Positions 8,053 through 16,946 of a DNA stretch of 41,678 bases are shown one piece after another (positions within the stretch are counted from its first letter, which is position 1; each line of letters begins with the position of its first letter). The stretch spans positions 1 to 41,678 of IMG/VR virus record IMGVR_UViG_3300018432_000011. One strand, written 5' to 3'. Under the pieces are notes generated by a model. It ran no database searches. It was not told the origin of the DNA and was given only the letters and a program-made list of their open reading frames with translations. A program made the position numbers and the translations under genes. Source of the DNA: a virus.

Positions 8053-8286
8053 ATGACCACACGCGCACCCAAGAAGGACGCCGAGGCCGCCGATGGCGGT
8101 GCGGCCGAGCTCCAGGAGTTCGTCGACGACGCCGAGGCCAAGGGCTACATCGGCTTCGTCCCGGACCCCAACCCGAACAAGGCCTACAGCCTGCAGTCGG
8201 GCCCGGACTCGCCAGCGGCCGTCACCGACAACGCCAGCCGCGTCGAGATCCCGGCTGCGGACCAGACCGAGATCAAGGAGAGCTGA
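8053..8286 (+). CDS. Hypothetical head-associated protein (77 aa)
   Basis: High GC3. Immediately after the capsid gene. No motif. Confidence 0.55.
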   Translation: MTTRAPKKDAEAADGGAAELQEFVDDAEAKGYIGFVPDPNPNKAYSLQSGPDSPAAVTDNASRVEIPAADQTEIKES

Positions 8287-8289
8287 CCC

Positions 8290-8697
8290 ATGCCCGACAC
8301 CTCACCCCTCGTCCGCAAGTTGGAGGTGACGGCCCCAGCCGTCGCCGCCAACGCCGATGCGGACCTGACGATCGGCGAGGCGCCGTTCGCAGCCACCGTG
8401 ACCTCGGCGAGCTTCACCCCCGAGGCCAACATCACCGGCGACAACACCGAGTCGCGCACGCTCACCATCGTGAACAAGGGCACCGACGGCAACGGCACCG
8501 TCGTGGTCGGGACCCTGGCGTTCACGACTGGGATCGGCGGGCTCGACTTCGACGAGAAGGCCTTCACCCTCTCGGTCGTGGCCGGTGCCACCACCGTGGC
8601 GGCGGGCGACATCCTCGCCTTCGTCTCGACCCACGTCGGCACCACCGGCCTGGCCGACCCGGGCGGCAAGGTCCAGGTCGAGCTGACCCGGGCCTGA
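8290..8697 (+). CDS. Hypothetical beta-rich structural protein (135 aa; possible decoration protein)
   Basis: AAGGAGAG RBS. Gly/Thr/Val-rich. Position in the head module. Confidence 0.6.
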   Translation: MPDTSPLVRKLEVTAPAVAANADADLTIGEAPFAATVTSASFTPEANITGDNTESRTLTIVNKGTDGNGTVVVGTLAFTTGIGGLDFDEKAFTLSVVAGATTVAAGDILAFVSTHVGTTGLADPGGKVQVELTRA

Positions 8698-8703
8698 TCC
8701 CAC

Positions 8704-9267
8704 ATGCTCGAGGCTGAGGCGCGGGCGCGGCTGGAGTCCATGTTGCAGTGGAGCTCCGTGCCCGCCCTCAGCTCGGGCGAGGTCGATCGACTCATGGTGA
8801 TGGCCCGACGTGTCGACCGGTACGACGTCGAGGCCGACCTCTACATGACGTGGACGGCGGCCCTGGTGCTCGTCGTCGGCGACCTCGTAGTGCCCCGCGT
8901 GCGCAACGGGCACTACTACCGGGTGACGGTGTCAGATGGCGCCGCCGGGGCGACCGAACCGACCTGGCCGACGAGCTCGGGGGCTGCCGTCACCGCCGAC
9001 GGCGTCACCTACACCGAGGCCGGGTCGGCGCCCTGGGAGGGAACCTGGGACCTGAACGCCGCCGCCGCCGAGGGCTGGCGCTGGAAGGCGGGGAAGGTGG
9101 CCGGCAACTTCACCTTCTCGACGGACAACCAGAGCTTCGACCGGGTGCAGGTCAAGGACGCCTGCCTCGAGATGGCCCGCATGTACGGCAACCGCGTCGT
9201 CGGATCCATCCCGCTCGTCGACCCTGAGGCCGACACCGAGTACGTGGTCACGAACCGTGTCCACTGA
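8704..9267 (+). CDS. Head-tail connector region protein (187 aa)
   Basis: Position. Contains 'RNGHYYRVT..G..EPTWP..G..V.DG.V.Y' motif seen in phage structural proteins. Function not assigned. Confidence 0.55.
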   Translation: MLEAEARARLESMLQWSSVPALSSGEVDRLMVMARRVDRYDVEADLYMTWTAALVLVVGDLVVPRVRNGHYYRVTVSDGAAGATEPTWPTSSGAAVTADGVTYTEAGSAPWEGTWDLNAAAAEGWRWKAGKVAGNFTFSTDNQSFDRVQVKDACLEMARMYGNRVVGSIPLVDPEADTEYVVTNRVH

Positions 9268-9442
9268 GGAGGAGCGCGCCCTCGAGCATCGGCGCTCCCA
9301 TCTTGCCCGCAAGGCGGCAACCAAGGCGGCTGAGGCGGCCCTCAAGGGCGACCCGGCGGCGCGACGAGCGCTGACCGAGGCATGGGAGCCGCTGCAGCTG
9401 GCGGCGCGTGAGCGCGCCGGCGAAGGGCCCGACGAGTGCTGA
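9257..9442 (+). CDS. Hypothetical small protein (61 aa)
   Basis: GTG start. Overlaps both neighbours by a few nt. High GC3. Confidence 0.45.
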   Translation: MSTEEERALEHRRSHLARKAATKAAEAALKGDPAARRALTEAWEPLQLAARERAGEGPDEC

Positions 9443-9798
9443 GTGCAGCCGACTTGGCGTCCATGCAAGCGACGCTGAACGACTCGCTCAACCAGACCGC
9501 AACTGTCGTGCACCGCGCAGTGGGGACGCCGGACGCCGAGGGCAACCCAGCGCCCGGTGCCACGACTACGACCGACTACCCAGCGCGGCTCATGCAGACC
9601 CTGGCCACCGACATCCTGGACGGCGAGCAGCGGGTCCGCACCGAATGGCGCGTCCTGCTGCCGTACAACGCCGTGGTCGACGCCGACGACGAGCTGCTGA
9701 TCGGCGGCGTGCGTTACCAGGTCGTCGGGCAGCCCGCGGCCCAGGGTCACGGCAGTCAGGTGATCCACCTGTCCGCAGATCTCCGGCTGGTCGACTGA
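9436..9798 (+). CDS. Head closure / head-tail adaptor protein
   Basis: 120 aa. The pattern (..DAEGNP....YPARL......WRVLLPY...V...D.L.I.G..Y.V) resembles SPP1 gp16 / HK97 gp7-type head-tail joining proteins. Confidence 0.6.
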   Translation: MLSAADLASMQATLNDSLNQTATVVHRAVGTPDAEGNPAPGATTTTDYPARLMQTLATDILDGEQRVRTEWRVLLPYNAVVDADDELLIGGVRYQVVGQPAAQGHGSQVIHLSADLRLVD

Positions 9799-10226
9799 TG
9801 GCCGCGTCGACCAGCGGCGCGCTCAAGGCGTACATCGAGGCCGCCGGCCTGAGCCTCGCTGGCTACCGGGACGAGGCCCCCGACGGGGCGTCGCTGCCCT
9901 ACACCACGATCCTGGAAGCCATAGCGCTCGTGCCCGATCCGGCCGACAACGCCTACAACGGCGAGGCCCATGCGGGCCGAGAGACCGTCCAGGTCAGCCT
10001 CTGGCAGCAGTGGCGGAACCCCTCGACGAAGGCGATCACCGAGTCGTACTCACTTCCTGGAGCGCTCGTCCGCGCGCTCAACGGCGCGGTCCTGGCGACG
10101 TCGGGGTCCGGCGCGCCGCCCACCCACGTATGGGGTCTGCGAGTCGTGTCGATGGTGCGGATACCAGAGCACGACAACAACCGGATCCAGCACGCGATCA
10201 CCCTCGAGGTGCTGCGAGACCTGTAA
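9798..10226 (+). CDS. Neck / tail-completion protein (DUF3168-like)
   Basis: ATG 9798 shares its A with the upstream TGA (TGATG). 142 aa, 'MAASTSGALKAYIEAAG...'. The ORF-track 9408 start lies inside the previous gene. Confidence 0.55.
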   Translation: MAASTSGALKAYIEAAGLSLAGYRDEAPDGASLPYTTILEAIALVPDPADNAYNGEAHAGRETVQVSLWQQWRNPSTKAITESYSLPGALVRALNGAVLATSGSGAPPTHVWGLRVVSMVRIPEHDNNRIQHAITLEVLRDL

Positions 10227-10236
10227 GGAGGCGTCC

Positions 10237-10584
10237 TTGCCCAGCCAGGGTTCCTTCGGCATCGAGAACGAGAAGGCGTGGGCGGCGGCGCTGGAGAGCG
10301 CCTACGACGACCTGAAGAAGGACGGCGAGGAAGAGATCCGGCGCACCGCCGACAAGGTCGTGGCGGTGGCAAAGGCCAAGGTGCCGCGCGATACCGGCCG
10401 CCTGGCCGACTCAATCGAAGCACGAGAGGGCCGAGACGCCGGCGGGCTCTACATCGACGTCGGTCCCGGTGACCTCCCCAATGACTACGACGTGCTCGTC
10501 GAGCACGGCACCAGCGACACGGAAGCCCAGCCATTCATGCGGCCCGCCCTCGCCGAGGGTGAGGCCGCGTTCGGACGCCAGTAA
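10237..10584 (+). CDS. HK97 gp10-family tail component
   Basis: TTG start 5 nt after AAGGAGG (10225-10231). Motifs 'KAKVPRDTGRLADSI' and 'YDVLVEHGTSDTEAQPFMRPA'. Confidence 0.75.
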   Translation: MPSQGSFGIENEKAWAAALESAYDDLKKDGEEEIRRTADKVVAVAKAKVPRDTGRLADSIEAREGRDAGGLYIDVGPGDLPNDYDVLVEHGTSDTEAQPFMRPALAEGEAAFGRQ

Positions 10585-10594
10585 GGAGCCCCCG

Positions 10595-10828
10595 ATGCCC
10601 AAGCCCACCTCCGACTCCGTCGCGCCCGAAGCCCAGGTGCGAGTCGCCGTGCCGCAGCGAGACGGCGAGATCCGCATCGCCCAGGACGGATTTGATCCGA
10701 CCGTGTACCCGGTCACCAATGGCCAGGTCGCGGTGGCCCCGGCCGACGCAGCCAACTTCCTCGCCAACATCGAGGGATCCGAGGTCGTGGGCGGCACCGT
10801 CCTCGACGACGACGAAGGAGCCGTGTAA
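10595..10828 (+). CDS. Hypothetical protein (77 aa)
   Basis: ATG 10595 after TAAGGAG. High GC3. Lies between the gp10-like gene and the major tail gene. Confidence 0.55.
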   Translation: MPKPTSDSVAPEAQVRVAVPQRDGEIRIAQDGFDPTVYPVTNGQVAVAPADAANFLANIEGSEVVGGTVLDDDEGAV

Positions 10829-11391
10829 TGCCCCTGGTCCACTTCTCCAAGCAGTTCGCCGTCGCGGACGCCAAGATCAAGAAGATCACGGCCGACCCGG
10901 CCGGCGGCACGACGACGTTCGCGACTGCCATCGACATCCCGGGCATCAAGTCCGTGGATCTCACCGGCACGGTCAACATCAAGCGCCTGCGTGGCGACAA
11001 CACGCTCCTCGACGTGAACAGCGTCCTCGAGAGCCTGAGCGTGAAGTACAACTACGCGAAGGAGCAGCTCGACGCCCGGGCCGTCTACGTGGGCGGCACC
11101 GTGAGCGACTCGGGCACGACCCCGAACATGGTCGCCAAGTGGGCGCTCGACAACGCCGGCGTCCCGGGGTACTTCCAGTTCGAGGCGAAGACGCCGACCA
11201 ACGGCGTCGACTTCGTCGGCGGCGACGCCCACCTCCTGCTCTACCGCTGCATGGTGTCCAACTTCCCCGGCCTGGGCTTCGCCGAGGAGGACTACAAGCT
11301 CTTCGAGGTCGAGGCCGACGCCATGCCGCGCCTGTCCGACGGCAAGTGGATCGACCTGCTCTTCAACGAGACGGCGGTCGCCATCTCGTAA
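10828..11391 (+). CDS. Major tail protein
   Basis: TAATG overlap with GAAGGAG upstream. 187 aa. Directly upstream of the chaperone/frameshift pair and followed by a hairpin. Confidence 0.8.
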   Translation: MPLVHFSKQFAVADAKIKKITADPAGGTTTFATAIDIPGIKSVDLTGTVNIKRLRGDNTLLDVNSVLESLSVKYNYAKEQLDARAVYVGGTVSDSGTTPNMVAKWALDNAGVPGYFQFEAKTPTNGVDFVGGDAHLLLYRCMVSNFPGLGFAEEDYKLFEVEADAMPRLSDGKWIDLLFNETAVAIS

Positions 11392-11447
11392 GCGGTCGAC
11401 CCAACCCTCCACTCCTCGCTGTCGGCACCCGCCGGCGGCACCCAGAC

Positions 11448-11466
11448 GCCCCCGAAACCCGGGGGC
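11448..11466 (+). terminator. Hairpin after the major tail gene (possible attenuating terminator)
   Basis: gcccccg / cgggggc 7-bp stem with a 5-nt loop, followed by ttct. Confidence 0.4.
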
Positions 11467-11486
11467 TTCTCCATCGGAGGCAATCC

Positions 11487-11927
11487 ATGAGCGTGACCGA
11501 GTCCGACCGCGTCCTCGCGGCCGGCGTCAACCTGGAGCTCGAGGACGGGCGAGTCGTCCCGCTCCGCTACGGGATGCGTGGCCTGAAGCGTCTGGAAGAC
11601 GACTTCGGGTCCATCCTGGCGGTGCAGATCGTGCTCCGGGACGTTGACGGCAAGAGCCCGATGTTCGGGCCGGTGCTGCAGATCCTCGCTGCCGGCCTGC
11701 TCGGCCAGGTGGACGAGGACGCCCTCGACGCGCTGCTGCACCCGTCGAAGCTCGACGTCTACATGGACGTCATCGCCGAAGCCCTGGATGAGGCGTTCCC
11801 TGAGCCACCGGACGGCAAGGCGGGAAAAGCCGAGGCGACCAGCGCAGCGAACGGATCGAGTGGGCCAGCTGGTACTACTTCGCCACCGTCGCCTGCGGCC
11901 GAAGCGACGCCGAGTTCTGGCACATGA
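11487..11927 (+). CDS. Tail assembly chaperone (G-like, zero-frame product)
   Basis: ATG 11487 with GGAGG upstream. 146 aa. Sits between the major tail gene and the tape measure. Only the last third of ORF 10692..11927 is real. Confidence 0.8.
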   Translation: MSVTESDRVLAAGVNLELEDGRVVPLRYGMRGLKRLEDDFGSILAVQIVLRDVDGKSPMFGPVLQILAAGLLGQVDEDALDALLHPSKLDVYMDVIAEALDEAFPEPPDGKAGKAEATSAANGSSGPAGTTSPPSPAAEATPSSGT

Positions 11928-12073
11928 CCCTGGCGCAGCTGGCCACGCTGCTGGCGATCCACGCGGCCATCCATGCTGCACCGGCCGATGGGGCCGCGGC
12001 TCCCAACCTCCCGCCGCCGGCCGCGGTGGGGACCATCGATGACCTCCAGGCACTCGTGAGGCTCGCGGGCTGA
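11487..12073 (+). CDS. Tail assembly chaperone, -1 frameshift fusion (G-T-like): 11487..11828 joined to 11828..12073
   Basis: The -1 frame is open from 11804 to TGA 12071-12073. It encodes '..WYYFATVACGRSDAEFWHMTLAQLATLLAIH..' with high GC3. The slippery heptamer lies at 11822-11828. Confidence 0.75.
11822..11828 (+). promoter_or_regulatory. -1 programmed ribosomal frameshift site G_GGA_AAA
   Basis: The zero frame reads gcG GGA AAA gcc. This is a classic X_XXY_YYZ heptamer at the canonical position in the chaperone gene. Confidence 0.75.
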
Positions 12074-14196
12074 TGTCATCGCGCGCGCTGCCGGACCTCG
12101 TCTCTCGACTCCGGCTGCTGTTCGATGACAAGGAGCCGTCCCAAGCGGCCGACCGTGTCACCGCGCGCATCGAGGGCATGGGCCAGCGCGTGCAGAAGGC
12201 GCTGGTCCCGATCGGCGCCACGCTCACCGGCGTAGGCGCCGGCCTTACCGCGCTCTCGCAGCCGGCGCAACGGGCCGAGCGCGTGCTGACGCAGGCGGTC
12301 AACAACACCGGCCAGAGCTACGACAAGTTCGCGGCCCAGGTTGACCGGACCATCGCCGCGCAGGTCCGGTTTGGCAACAACTCGGCCGAGGTCCGCACCG
12401 CACTCACGAACCTCACCATCAAGCTCCACGATCCCCAGAAGGCCCTCGACAACCTGGGCCTGGCGACCGACATCGCCGCGCTGAAGCAGATCTCCCTGGC
12501 CGAGGCCTCCAACCTGGTCGCCGGTGCCCTCAATGGCAACGGCCGGGTCTTCAAGCAGTTCGGCATCGTCCTCGACGCCAGCAAGCCCAAGGCCGAAGCC
12601 GTGGCTGAGGCCATGGAGAAGCTGCGGGCCACCGTCAACGGCTTCGCCGAGGGTGAGGCCAAGGCCCTGCCCGGTCGGCTCGAAAGCATCCGTACGAAGC
12701 TGGAGAACATCGGCGCCGAGATCGGTGAGCGCGCCGGGCCGGCCATCGCCGGGTTTGGTGCGGCCCTCACCACCGTCGGTGGCGCAGCTGACGGGGTCGA
12801 GTCCGTCAGCAACATCCTCGACAAGCTGCCAGGCAAGACGGAGGGGGTGGCGCGAGCCTTCGGCGGCCTCGGACTGGCGGCCGGCGGTGCCTTCGTTGCC
12901 GTCAAGGCGCTGAACGCTCTCAACGACGCTCTCGACACAGCACGCCGCGGGTCCAAGGATCTCGGCGAGGTGGCCGCGGGCCTCGTCAAGGTCACCAAGG
13001 GGGCCGAAGACCTCGACGAGCTGCTGAAGAGCGCGCGGATCGGCGGCGGCATCGAATCGCTGCTCGATGACCTGAAGAAGGCGCGCGCGGACATGAGCAT
13101 CTTCAGCCGGGCAGCGTCCAACGACTTCAAGAAGACGGTCGACGACCTCGACGAGGCCTTGGCCGCGCTCGTGGACAATGGCAAGGCGCCGGCAGCCGCC
13201 GCTGCCTTCAAGCTGCTGAACGACACGCTCCAGCTCACGCCGAAAGAGCAGGCGAAGTACTTCAACGAGTACGCCAACGCCGTCGAGGCGAGCGGCAACC
13301 AAGCAGTGATCGCGTCTGCCAAGACCGACACCCACTCGACAGCACTCAACCACAACGCCGAGGCGATGAAGGGTGTCGCCGAGGCGCTTGAGCGCCAGCT
13401 CCAGGCCCAGCTCGCGTCCATCAGCAGCACCCTCGGAATGGAATCCGCTGCCGATCGGGTGAGCGACGCGCAGACCGATGTGGCCGAGAAGACGAAGGCG
13501 GCCACCGACGCGATCGCCAAGCACAAGGCCGGCAGCGAGGAGGCCAAGGTCGCGGCCGAGGCGCTCAGCGACGCCGAGCGTGGGCTGAAGGACGCGGCCG
13601 TCGGCGCCGCTGGCGCGGCTGTGCGCCTTGCCCAGGACCAGGCAGCGGCCAACGGACAGGCGTTCACTGCCGCCCAGGCCAACGAGATCTTCCGCGGCAA
13701 GCTGATCGAGCTGGCCAACCAGATCGGCGGTCCGACAGGTGAGGCCCTGCGTGCCCTCGCACAGCAGATCGTCGATATCCCGGGATCCAAGGAGATCCTG
13801 GTCACGGCCAACACGACCCAGGCCGAGGCGGCCCTCGCCCGTGTGATCGCCGCAGCACAGCAGATGCAGCGAGAGACGCACTTCGAGCGGTACGTCGATC
13901 CGTCTGTCCCTGGCCGCGCCACGGGTGGTCCGGTCACCAAGCACCGCCCCTACTGGGTGGGAGAGAAGGGCATCCCCGAGCTCTTCATCCCGGACGTGAG
14001 TGGGCGCATTGTTCCTCGGGACGATCTGGTGCGGTCCGGTTCCGGCTCGACCGCCACGGCTGTCGCTGAGCGTCCGGTCCTCGACGAGGCCGCCCTCGCC
14101 CGAGCCATCGCCCGAGGGTTCGAGCAGGTCTCTGTGAACATGGACTCCCGATCGGTCGGTCAGGCGACCCGGTCGCGACGAAGGGCCATGTCGTGA
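12073..14196 (+). CDS. Tape measure protein
   Basis: 707 aa, Ala/Gly/Leu-rich and helical. ATG shares its A with the TGA of the G-T frame. By the ~0.15 nm per residue rule of thumb, this suggests a tail of roughly 100 nm (inference). Confidence 0.85.
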   Translation: MSSRALPDLVSRLRLLFDDKEPSQAADRVTARIEGMGQRVQKALVPIGATLTGVGAGLTALSQPAQRAERVLTQAVNNTGQSYDKFAAQVDRTIAAQVRFGNNSAEVRTALTNLTIKLHDPQKALDNLGLATDIAALKQISLAEASNLVAGALNGNGRVFKQFGIVLDASKPKAEAVAEAMEKLRATVNGFAEGEAKALPGRLESIRTKLENIGAEIGERAGPAIAGFGAALTTVGGAADGVESVSNILDKLPGKTEGVARAFGGLGLAAGGAFVAVKALNALNDALDTARRGSKDLGEVAAGLVKVTKGAEDLDELLKSARIGGGIESLLDDLKKARADMSIFSRAASNDFKKTVDDLDEALAALVDNGKAPAAAAAFKLLNDTLQLTPKEQAKYFNEYANAVEASGNQAVIASAKTDTHSTALNHNAEAMKGVAEALERQLQAQLASISSTLGMESAADRVSDAQTDVAEKTKAATDAIAKHKAGSEEAKVAAEALSDAERGLKDAAVGAAGAAVRLAQDQAAANGQAFTAAQANEIFRGKLIELANQIGGPTGEALRALAQQIVDIPGSKEILVTANTTQAEAALARVIAAAQQMQRETHFERYVDPSVPGRATGGPVTKHRPYWVGEKGIPELFIPDVSGRIVPRDDLVRSGSGSTATAVAERPVLDEAALARAIARGFEQVSVNMDSRSVGQATRSRRRAMS

Positions 14197-16265
14197 ACGG
14201 CCTGACCACGATGCGCGTCGGGCCCACGGCCGCCGGGCTCTACAACCTGCAGGCGCGCTGGGCATCCCAGCCGTTCAGCGGCGACGCGCGGCAGGCCTCC
14301 ATCTCGGGCGACACGACCCTGCTCGCCGCGCATCAGCTGGCCGAGCTGGTTGCGAATCCCGAGCTTCAGGTCACCATCGGCCGCGCGACGGGCGTCCTCG
14401 TTCCCATCCACTTCGACGGCCGGGTCGCGGACCAGTTCATCGGCTGGTATCTGCTCGAGGCGTTCTCGTTCGACCCGTACCGCATCGGCGACCAGGTCAC
14501 CCACGCGGGCTTCTCGCTCTCCGGCGCCTACCTGGGCCCACATCCCGAGGTTGTTGTCTCCCGGTCGGCCCGAGCCCGGGCGAACGACTTCGACCTCGAC
14601 GGCCAGGCGCTCGTCGTCAATCCCTTCTGGGGCGAGGACCCCGATGGCGAGCCGTTCGTGGTGCCGCCCGGCGGGACGTTCTTCACCCGGGAGTACGACC
14701 CGACCAGCCCGCATGACAGCACGCGCCTGACCCCCGCGGACGAGGCTCGCCAGCTCGGCATGTACGCCGGCGCCGTCGACGAGCTCGCCCCGGTGGTCCT
14801 GCCCGACCTCGAGGCGGCCACCGACTACGACGGCCAGGCAGTCCCGAGATGGGTGACCGACCGTGGCGGCGACTGCCGGGCCTACGACCGGCGTGAGGAA
14901 CGGGAGGTGTTCGGGCCGAGCCATCCGCTGGTGGCGCCGACCGACCTCGTCATCACGAACGGGCTTCTGCGGGCCTGGGTCGGGGCGCGAGGCCTGCCCC
15001 CGTACCTGCAGGTGCAGGCCTTCGCCGCCGGCGAGTGGCGGGAGATCGGGTACCTGCAGCTCTCGGACCCCACGGAGGGGTCGATCGTGCTCACGTCGGC
15101 CCGGCTCGTGCGGGTCACCCCGGAGGCGGTCTCGATCGCGATCGGACTGCAGGGCCAGGGCGAGGCGCTGCTCACCCTCCGCCGCGGCGAGCGCATGTTC
15201 CAGGTCCAGCACGGCGGGGCGCGGACCCGGCTCACGGCGACGCGGCAGGTGTCGTGGTCTGGCGTGCCGCCGTGGCGACGCCTCGAGGCCGCTGCCCAAG
15301 GCGTCGGCAAGTTCGGCAAGGGCCTGGACGCTGGCCGCGACGACGTGACGTGGGACTCCGACATCGCCATGTGGGACGACCCCGGATACTCCTGGGACGG
15401 TGCCTGGGCCAACCCCGACCTGCGGCTGCACTGGCCGGCGGCCGCCGCCGGCTCATCGTGGACCATGGTCGTCTGGTACCGGCCCGCAGGGGACGTCGCC
15501 GACCTGGATGGTGCGGGCCTCCTCACCGTCTACGACGTCACCGGCGCCCGGGCGTTCCGGCTTCGCCTGGACTCCGCCGACAGCCGGTTCCACTTCGAGC
15601 TCGGCGACGACGATGTCGAGTCAGCGGTCCAGACTTTCGCCGCCGGCGACCACATCTTCATCGTCCTGAGGTTCTCCACCGACGACGGCATGTCGCTCTC
15701 GGTGAAGGCCGGCGCCAGCGCCCTGGCCCACGTCCACGACGCGTCCGCTGTCGACCCGGGGGATGACCCGTACCGAGACATCTTCTTCGGGATCAGCGAA
15801 TCGACTTGGGGGAGTGGCACCTGGGGGAGTGGCACCTGGGGCGGCGTGTCGTGGGCCGACGGCGTCGAGGACAACATCATGATCTTCGACGATCGCCTCA
15901 CGGATGCAGAGGTGGCGGCGCTGGCGGCCGCGACGGGCCGCCTCGACGGGTTGCCGAGCCCGGAGTCCCGCCTCGTGTGGCACCTCCCTGGAGACGCCCG
16001 TCTGGTCCTGGCCAAGGCGGCGCTCGCCTCCGGCCTGACCTACGAGACGGCGGGTGCGAGCAGGGCGCCAGACGACTGGGGACTGACGAAGGGTCTCGCG
16101 GTACTCACGGACGACACCGTCGAGGCGCCGGGCCTCGCCGTGCAGGCCTACACCGAGCAGTTCTCCGTGGCCGCCTTCCTGGCGACAACGGATGCCGAGG
16201 ACGACCTGGCCGACCATCACGAGCAGTTCGCTGTGGCCTCCGAACAGGAAGTGCGGGTGAGATAG
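14193..16265 (+). CDS. Minor tail protein, distal-tail-protein position, with C-terminal LamG/concanavalin-like lectin domain
   Basis: GTGA overlap with the tape measure gene. 690 aa. Residues ~400-590 follow a LamG-like pattern ('SSWTMVVWYRP...AFRLRL....FHFELGDD...GDHIFIVLRF...MSLSVKAG....IFFG......VEDNIMIFDDRLTDAEVAAL'). Confidence 0.65.
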   Translation: MNGLTTMRVGPTAAGLYNLQARWASQPFSGDARQASISGDTTLLAAHQLAELVANPELQVTIGRATGVLVPIHFDGRVADQFIGWYLLEAFSFDPYRIGDQVTHAGFSLSGAYLGPHPEVVVSRSARARANDFDLDGQALVVNPFWGEDPDGEPFVVPPGGTFFTREYDPTSPHDSTRLTPADEARQLGMYAGAVDELAPVVLPDLEAATDYDGQAVPRWVTDRGGDCRAYDRREEREVFGPSHPLVAPTDLVITNGLLRAWVGARGLPPYLQVQAFAAGEWREIGYLQLSDPTEGSIVLTSARLVRVTPEAVSIAIGLQGQGEALLTLRRGERMFQVQHGGARTRLTATRQVSWSGVPPWRRLEAAAQGVGKFGKGLDAGRDDVTWDSDIAMWDDPGYSWDGAWANPDLRLHWPAAAAGSSWTMVVWYRPAGDVADLDGAGLLTVYDVTGARAFRLRLDSADSRFHFELGDDDVESAVQTFAAGDHIFIVLRFSTDDGMSLSVKAGASALAHVHDASAVDPGDDPYRDIFFGISESTWGSGTWGSGTWGGVSWADGVEDNIMIFDDRLTDAEVAALAAATGRLDGLPSPESRLVWHLPGDARLVLAKAALASGLTYETAGASRAPDDWGLTKGLAVLTDDTVEAPGLAVQAYTEQFSVAAFLATTDAEDDLADHHEQFAVASEQEVRVR
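15804..15842 (+). repeat. 15-bp in-frame tandem repeat (ACYTGGGGGAGTGGC x2 plus a partial unit), encoding TWGSG-TWGSG-TWGG
   Basis: Units at 15804-15818 and 15819-15833, with a partial third from 15834. Lies inside the lectin-like domain. Confidence 0.85.
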
Positions 16266-16946
16266 ATGGCCAGCTCATACCCCGGCGCCGTCGACGACTT
16301 CGACGAGCCTTCGACCCCGACGACGACGACGCTCGGTTCGGCAGGCGACTCCAGCCCGGCCCGCAAGCACTCGGAGTCGCACCGCGACCTGGGCGACGCC
16401 ATCGTGGCCACCCAGACCGAGCTGGACACCACGAAGACGACCGTCACCGGCAAGGTCGACAAGTCCACGCTGGACGCCAACTCCTTCCTCTACGCGACCG
16501 CCGACGACACCCCGGCCGCCTTGGCCATGGCCGCATCGAGGATTCCCGCGCGTCTGGCGTCGGGCGACATCGTGGCCGCCACCGTCGCGCAGCTGAAGAC
16601 GCTGTTGGCCATCGCCCAGGCCGACATCACCGACATCGCCGTCATCACGGCGAACACCCAGACGGACAACTACACGCTGGTCCTCGGCGACGCCGGGAAG
16701 GTTGTGGAGCTCAACAAGGCCACAGCCGTCAACCTCACGGTGCCGCTCAACTCGAGCGTCGCCTACCCCGTTGGCACGGTGATCGAGATCCACCAATACG
16801 GAGCGGGCCAGGTGACTGTCGTGGCGACGGGTGGCGTGACCATCCAGTCGCGCGTGGGGCTGAAGCTCGCCGGCCAGTACGCCACCGCCTCATTGCGGAA
16901 GCGGGCCACCGACGAGTGGGTGCTCGCCGGGGACACGACCCTGTAA
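16266..16946 (+). CDS. Minor tail / tail fibre protein
   Basis: N-terminal 'YPGAVDDFDEP....H...HRDLGDAIVATQTELD' motif, common at the N-terminus of actinophage fibre proteins. 226 aa. Confidence 0.7.
   Translation: MASSYPGAVDDFDEPSTPTTTTLGSAGDSSPARKHSESHRDLGDAIVATQTELDTTKTTVTGKVDKSTLDANSFLYATADDTPAALAMAASRIPARLASGDIVAATVAQLKTLLAIAQADITDIAVITANTQTDNYTLVLGDAGKVVELNKATAVNLTVPLNSSVAYPVGTVIEIHQYGAGQVTVVATGGVTIQSRVGLKLAGQYATASLRKRATDEWVLAGDTTL

Noticed and set aside
10692-11927. 411-aa ORF spanning the major tail gene region. Other over-extended ORFs include 15806..17626, 9408..10226, 9970..10584, 19349..21967, 23167..23820, 23759..24541, 28962..29597 and 39074..40147.
   Set aside because: Only the 3' portions are real. 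Internal starts coincide with the stop codons of the upstream genes (ATGA, GTGA, TGATG or TAATG) or follow good SD sequences. The upstream parts overlap better-supported genes in another frame.
12076-14265. 729-aa ORF antisense to the tape measure gene. Similar long antisense or offset ORFs include 3183..4943, 5491..7047, 6681..8141, 12318..13940, 14160..15431, 19262..20584 and 24723..26003.
   Set aside because: They are typical high-G+C artefacts with Arg/Gly/Pro/Ala-rich, low-complexity translations. They fully overlap genes that have recognisable motifs and GC3-rich codon usage on the other strand or in another frame. None has a ribosome-binding site or fits the operon logic.
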